This document shows, piece after piece, positions 27,104 to 31,500 of a stretch of DNA of 31,500 nucleotides. Position 1 is the stretch's first letter. Each line of letters starts with the position of its first letter. Source of the stretch: a virus (lineage: Duplodnaviria; Heunggongvirae; Uroviricota; Caudoviricetes); IMG/VR virus record IMGVR_UViG_2671180556_000014, one strand, 5' to 3'. A program made the position numbers and the translations under genes. The notes under the pieces were generated by a model. It saw only the letters and a program-made list of their open reading frames with translations, did not search any database and was not told the DNA's origin.

Positions 27104-29543
27104 CAATGTAAAATTACAGGTATTGCTCAGGGCTGTTGACCAGGCATCCCGCCCGTTTAAATCCATCCGCACAGCGAGCAAATCGCTGTCGGGGGATATC
27201 CGGGAAACACAAAAATCACTGCGCGAGCTGAACGGTCAGGCATCCCGTATTGAGGGATTTCGCAAGACCAGTGCACAGCTCGCCGTGACTGGTCAGGAAC
27301 TGAAAAAAGCCAGACAGGAAGCCGCAGCTCTGGCTGTCCAGTTTAAAAATACTGAACGACCGACAAATGCACAGGCAAAGGCAATGGAAGCCGCGCGTAA
27401 AAATGCGTCTGAGTTACAGGCGAAATATAACAGCCTGAGATTGTCGGTACAGCGCCAGCGTCAGGAGTTAAGTCAGGTGGGTATTAATACCCGTAATCTG
27501 GCGCATGATGAACGAGGGCTGAAAAACCGTATCAGTGAAACCACCGCACAGCTTAACCGTCAGCGTGACGCGCTGGCGCGTGTCAGTGCGCAACAGGCAA
27601 AACTTAATGCAGTAAAACAGCGTTATCAGGCCGGAAAGGAACTGGCCGGAAATATGGCCTCAGTGGGCGCTGCCGGTGTGGGGATTGCTGCTGCGGGAAC
27701 GATGGCCGGAGTTAAGTTGCTGATGCCCGGTTATGAGTTTGCGCAGAAAAACTCAGAATTGCAGGCTGTGCTCGGAGTGGCAAAAGACTCCGCCGAAATG
27801 ACCGCACTACGCAAACAGGCGCGCCAGCTCGGCGACAATACCGCCGCCTCGGCGGATGATGCGGCCGGTGCACAGATAATCATCGCGAAAGCGGGTGGGG
27901 ATGTTGATGCCATTCAGGCGGCAACGCCGGTCACGCTGAATATGGCGCTGGCGAACCGCCGCACGATGGAAGAAAACGCCGCCCTGCTGATGGGGATGAA
28001 ATCCGCCTTTCAGCTTTCAAACGATAAGGTCGCTCATATCGGGGATGTTCTCTCCATGACGATGAACAAAACCGCCGCCGATTTTGACGGCATGAGTGAT
28101 GCGCTGACCTATGCCGCACCTGTGGCAAAAAATGCCGGTGTCAGCATTGAAGAAACCGCCGCAATGGTCGGGGCGCTGCATGATGCAAAAATCACAGGCT
28201 CAATGGCGGGGACGGGAAGCCGTGCCGTGTTAAGCCGCCTGCAGGCACCGACGGGAAAAGCATGGGATGCACTCAAAGAGCTTGGAGTGAAAACCTCAGA
28301 CAGCAAAGGAAACACCCGGCCAATATTTACCATTCTGAAAGAAATGCAGGCCAGTTTTGAGAAAAACCGGCTCGGTACTGCCCAGCAGGCTGAATACATG
28401 AAAACCATTTTCGGGGAGGAGGCCAGCTCAGCCGCCGCTGTGCTGATGACTGCCGCCTCAACCGGAAAGCTGGACAAACTGACCGCTGCGTTTAAAGCCT
28501 CAGACGGGAAGACCGCAGAGCTGGTAAATATCATGCAGGACAACCTCGGCGGTGACTTTAAGGAGTTTCAGTCCGCTTATGAGGCGGTGGGGACTGACCT
28601 GTTTGACCAGCAGGAAGGCGCACTGCGTAATCTCACGCAGACGGCCACAAAGTATGTGTTAAAACTCGACGGCTGGATCCAGAAAAACAAATCACTGGCG
28701 TCAACCATCGGCATCATTGTCGGTGGTGCACTGGCACTGATTGGTGTCATCGGTGCCATTGGCCTCGTAGCCTGGCCGGTTATCACCGGCATCAATGCCA
28801 TCATCGCGGCAGCAGGCGCAATGGGGGCAGTCTTCACGACGGTTGGCAGTGCTGTTATGACCGCCATCGGGGCTATTAGCTGGCCGGTTGTGGCCGTGGT
28901 GGCCGCCATTGTCGCCGGGGCGTTGCTTATCCGTAAATACTGGGAGCCTGTCAGCGCATTCTTTGGCGGTGTGGTGGAAGGGCTGAAAGCGGCATTTGCG
29001 CCGGTGGGGGAACTGTTCACGCCACTTAAACCGGTGTTTGACTGGCTGGGTGAAAAGTTACAGGCCGCGTGGCAGTGGTTTAAAAACCTGATTGCCCCGG
29101 TCAAAGCCACCCGGGACACCCTGAACCGTTGCCGTGACACGGGCGTCATGTTCGGGCAGGCACTGGCTGACGCGCTGATGCTGCCGCTTAATGCGTTCAA
29201 CAAACTGCGCAGTGGTATTGACTGGGTACTGGAAAAACTCGGTGTTATCAACAAAGAGTCAGACACACTTGACCAGACCGCCGCCAGAACTCAAGCCGCC
29301 ACGTATGGCAGCGGTGGTTATATTCCGGCGACCAGCTCTTATACAGGCTATCAGGCTTATCAGCCGGTCACGGCACCGGCTGGCCGCTCTTATGTAGACC
29401 AGAGTAAAAACGAATATCACATCAGCCTGACGGGTGGTACTGCGCCGGGGACACAGCTTGACCGCCAGTTACAGGATGCGCTCGAAAAATACGAGCGGGA
29501 TAAACGTGCGCGCGCCCGTGCCAGCATGATGCATGACGGTTAA
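27096..29543 (+). CDS. T: Tail tape measure protein T, 815 aa
   Basis: Length identical to P2 T; long helical N-terminus and glycine/alanine-rich hydrophobic segment typical of tape measure proteins. Confidence 0.9.
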   Translation: MSNNVKLQVLLRAVDQASRPFKSIRTASKSLSGDIRETQKSLRELNGQASRIEGFRKTSAQLAVTGQELKKARQEAAALAVQFKNTERPTNAQAKAMEAARKNASELQAKYNSLRLSVQRQRQELSQVGINTRNLAHDERGLKNRISETTAQLNRQRDALARVSAQQAKLNAVKQRYQAGKELAGNMASVGAAGVGIAAAGTMAGVKLLMPGYEFAQKNSELQAVLGVAKDSAEMTALRKQARQLGDNTAASADDAAGAQIIIAKAGGDVDAIQAATPVTLNMALANRRTMEENAALLMGMKSAFQLSNDKVAHIGDVLSMTMNKTAADFDGMSDALTYAAPVAKNAGVSIEETAAMVGALHDAKITGSMAGTGSRAVLSRLQAPTGKAWDALKELGVKTSDSKGNTRPIFTILKEMQASFEKNRLGTAQQAEYMKTIFGEEASSAAAVLMTAASTGKLDKLTAAFKASDGKTAELVNIMQDNLGGDFKEFQSAYEAVGTDLFDQQEGALRNLTQTATKYVLKLDGWIQKNKSLASTIGIIVGGALALIGVIGAIGLVAWPVITGINAIIAAAGAMGAVFTTVGSAVMTAIGAISWPVVAVVAAIVAGALLIRKYWEPVSAFFGGVVEGLKAAFAPVGELFTPLKPVFDWLGEKLQAAWQWFKNLIAPVKATRDTLNRCRDTGVMFGQALADALMLPLNAFNKLRSGIDWVLEKLGVINKESDTLDQTAARTQAATYGSGGYIPATSSYTGYQAYQPVTAPAGRSYVDQSKNEYHISLTGGTAPGTQLDRQLQDALEKYERDKRARARASMMHDG

Positions 29544-29557
29544 GGAGGTGACGAAAA

Positions 29558-30037
29558 ATGATGCTCGCGTTAGGTATGTTTGTTTTTATGCGCCAGACGC
29601 TGCCACACCAGACCATGCAGCGTGAATCAGATTATCGCTGGCCGTCAAATTCCCGTATCGGTAAACGGGACGCTTTTCAGTTTCTCGGTGTGGGTGAGGA
29701 AAACATCACGCTTGCCGGTGTGCTTTATCCCGAACTGACCGGCGGCAAGCTGACGATGACCACGCTCAGGCTGATGGCAGAGGAGGGGCGGGCGTGGCCG
29801 TTGCTGGATGGCACCGGCATGATTTACGGCATGTATGTCATCAGCAAGGTGAGTGAAACAGGGAGTATTTTCTTTGCAGACGGCACACCCCGGAAAATTG
29901 ATTTTACGCTGTCGCTCACCCGCGTTGATGAATCACTGGCCGCGCTTTATGGCGATATCGGTAAACAGGCGGAATCGCTCATCGGTAAGGCTGGCAGTAT
30001 GGCGACTAAATTCACGGGTATGACGGGGGCGGGATAA
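29558..30037 (+). CDS. U: Tail protein U, 159 aa
   Basis: Length identical to P2 U; AAGGAGGTG Shine-Dalgarno; synteny. Confidence 0.85.
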   Translation: MMLALGMFVFMRQTLPHQTMQRESDYRWPSNSRIGKRDAFQFLGVGEENITLAGVLYPELTGGKLTMTTLRLMAEEGRAWPLLDGTGMIYGMYVISKVSETGSIFFADGTPRKIDFTLSLTRVDESLAALYGDIGKQAESLIGKAGSMATKFTGMTGAG

Positions 30038-31200
30038 TGCTGGATGCACTGACATTTGATGCAGGCAGTACGCTGACGCCGGATTACATGCTGATGCTCG
30101 ACAGCAGGGATATTACCGGCAATATCAGCGACCGTCTGATGAGCATGACCCTGACGGATAACCGGGGCTTTGAGGCTGACCAGCTTGATATTGAACTGAA
30201 CGATGCCGACGGGCAGGTCGGACTACCGATTCGTGGCGCTGTCCTGACGGTGTATATCGGCTGGAAAGGTTTTGCCCTGGTATGCAAAGGGAAATTTACC
30301 GTTGATGAGGTTGAACACCGGGGCGCACCGGATGTGGTCACCATCCGCGCCCGGAGTGCAGATTTTCGCGGGACGCTCAATTCCCGCCGTGAAGGCTCAT
30401 GGCATGACACCACGCTCGGTGCGATTGTTGAGGCGATAGCCTCCCGTAACAGGCTGGAAGCCAGTGTCGCTCCGTCACTGGCCGGAATTAAAATCCCGCA
30501 CATCGACCAGTCGCAGGAGTCTGATGCGAAATTCCTGACCCGTCTTGCAGAACGCAACGGCGGTGAGGTGTCGGTAAAAATGGGAAAATTGTTGTTTCTC
30601 AAAGCGGGGCAGGGGATGACGGCCAGCGGTAAAAAAATCCCGCAGATTACCATCACCCGCAGCGACGGCGACCGTCATCATTTTGCGATTGCTGACCGTG
30701 GAGCTTACACCGGCGTAACGGCAAAGTGGTTACACACCAAAGACCCGAAGCCGCAAAAGCAGAAGGTAAAACTGAAACGCAAAAAGAAAGAAAAACACCT
30801 GCGCGCACTGGAGCACCCGAAAGCGAAACCGGTCAGGCAGAAGAAAGCGCCTAAAGTACCGGAAGCGCGCGAAGGTGAATACATGGCCGGTGAGGCTGAT
30901 AACGTTTTTGCCCTGACCACGGTATATGCCACAAAAGCGCAGGCCATGCGTGCCGCTCAGGCAAAGTGGGATAAACTGCAACGGGGCGTTGCGGAGTTCT
31001 CCATCATCCTGGCTACCGGTCGTGCAGATATTTACACGGAAACACCGGTCAGAGTGTCAGGCTTTAAGCGCGTCATAGACGAGCAGGACTGGACAATCAC
31101 TAAGGTGACACATTTTCTGAATAATAGCGGCTTCACGACGTCCTTAGAGCTTGAGGTCAGGCTTTCTGATGTGGAGTACGAAACAGAAGATTATGAGTGA
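30037..31200 (+). CDS. D: Tail protein D (late control gene D product), 387 aa
   Basis: Length identical to P2 D; start overlaps U stop; last structural gene before ogr. Confidence 0.9.
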   Translation: MLDALTFDAGSTLTPDYMLMLDSRDITGNISDRLMSMTLTDNRGFEADQLDIELNDADGQVGLPIRGAVLTVYIGWKGFALVCKGKFTVDEVEHRGAPDVVTIRARSADFRGTLNSRREGSWHDTTLGAIVEAIASRNRLEASVAPSLAGIKIPHIDQSQESDAKFLTRLAERNGGEVSVKMGKLLFLKAGQGMTASGKKIPQITITRSDGDRHHFAIADRGAYTGVTAKWLHTKDPKPQKQKVKLKRKKKEKHLRALEHPKAKPVRQKKAPKVPEAREGEYMAGEADNVFALTTVYATKAQAMRAAQAKWDKLQRGVAEFSIILATGRADIYTETPVRVSGFKRVIDEQDWTITKVTHFLNNSGFTTSLELEVRLSDVEYETEDYE

Positions 31201-31281
31201 TGTCTTTTGTTTATCTGTTTGTTTTATAAGGATAAATTAACTAAAATGGCACTATCAACAAAACCGGAAGAGGTGCTCGCG

Positions 31282-31500
31282 ATGTTTCATTGTCCTTTAT
31301 GCCAGCATGCCGCACATGCGCGTACAAGCCGCTATATCACTGACACGACAAAAGAGCGTTATCACCAGTGTCAGAACGTGAATTGCAGCGCCACGTTCAT
31401 CACCTATGAGTCGGTACAGAGATACATCGTGAAGCCGGGAGAAGTCCACGCCGTAAGGCCGCACCCGTTGCCGTCAGGGCAGCAAATTATGTGGATGTAA
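31282..31500 (+). CDS. ogr: Late-gene transcription activator Ogr (C4 zinc finger), 72 aa
   Basis: ATG at 31282 gives MFHCPLCQHAAHARTSRYI...CQNVNC..., 72 aa with four zinc-finger cysteines; matches P2 Ogr as I recall it. Window ends exactly at its stop. Confidence 0.85.
   Translation: MFHCPLCQHAAHARTSRYITDTTKERYHQCQNVNCSATFITYESVQRYIVKPGEVHAVRPHPLPSGQQIMWM

Noticed and set aside
1-31500. tRNA, rRNA, CRISPR arrays, IS elements or transposase genes
   Set aside because: No cloverleaf-like conserved tRNA features, no regularly spaced short direct repeats, and no transposase-like ORF or terminal inverted repeats were seen; the only large repeats are those tied to the tail-fibre inversion region.

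Overview
The window is one complete P2-like (Peduovirus-type) prophage, running from the stop codon of the integrase gene (position 1) to the stop codon of ogr (position 31500). Gene order follows the P2 layout: int-C (minus strand), cox and the early operon ending in replication gene A, an accessory slot, cos, portal Q and terminase P (minus strand), then the late genes O N M L X Y K lysA lysB lysC R S V W J I H, a tail-fibre assembly gene, an invertible tail-fibre region with a Gin/Hin-family invertase, and FI FII E/E' T U D ogr. Product names rest on recognisable protein sequence, product lengths that match my recollection of P2, and synteny; no database search was run. Two regions depart from the P2 backbone. 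(1) The slot between gene A and cos (5896-8420), where P2 carries orf91/tin/old, holds visibly AT-rich cargo with three ORFs I cannot assign to any family; this is the best candidate for an undescribed superinfection-exclusion or anti-phage system. (2) The tail-fibre region is an invertible host-range switch with three 26-bp crossover sites, but it also carries a 627-bp inverted copy of the H constant region and a 552-bp direct duplication, so both segment orientations appear to be present in one sequence; this is either a genuine rearrangement or a chimeric assembly. No tRNA, rRNA, CRISPR array or IS element was seen.
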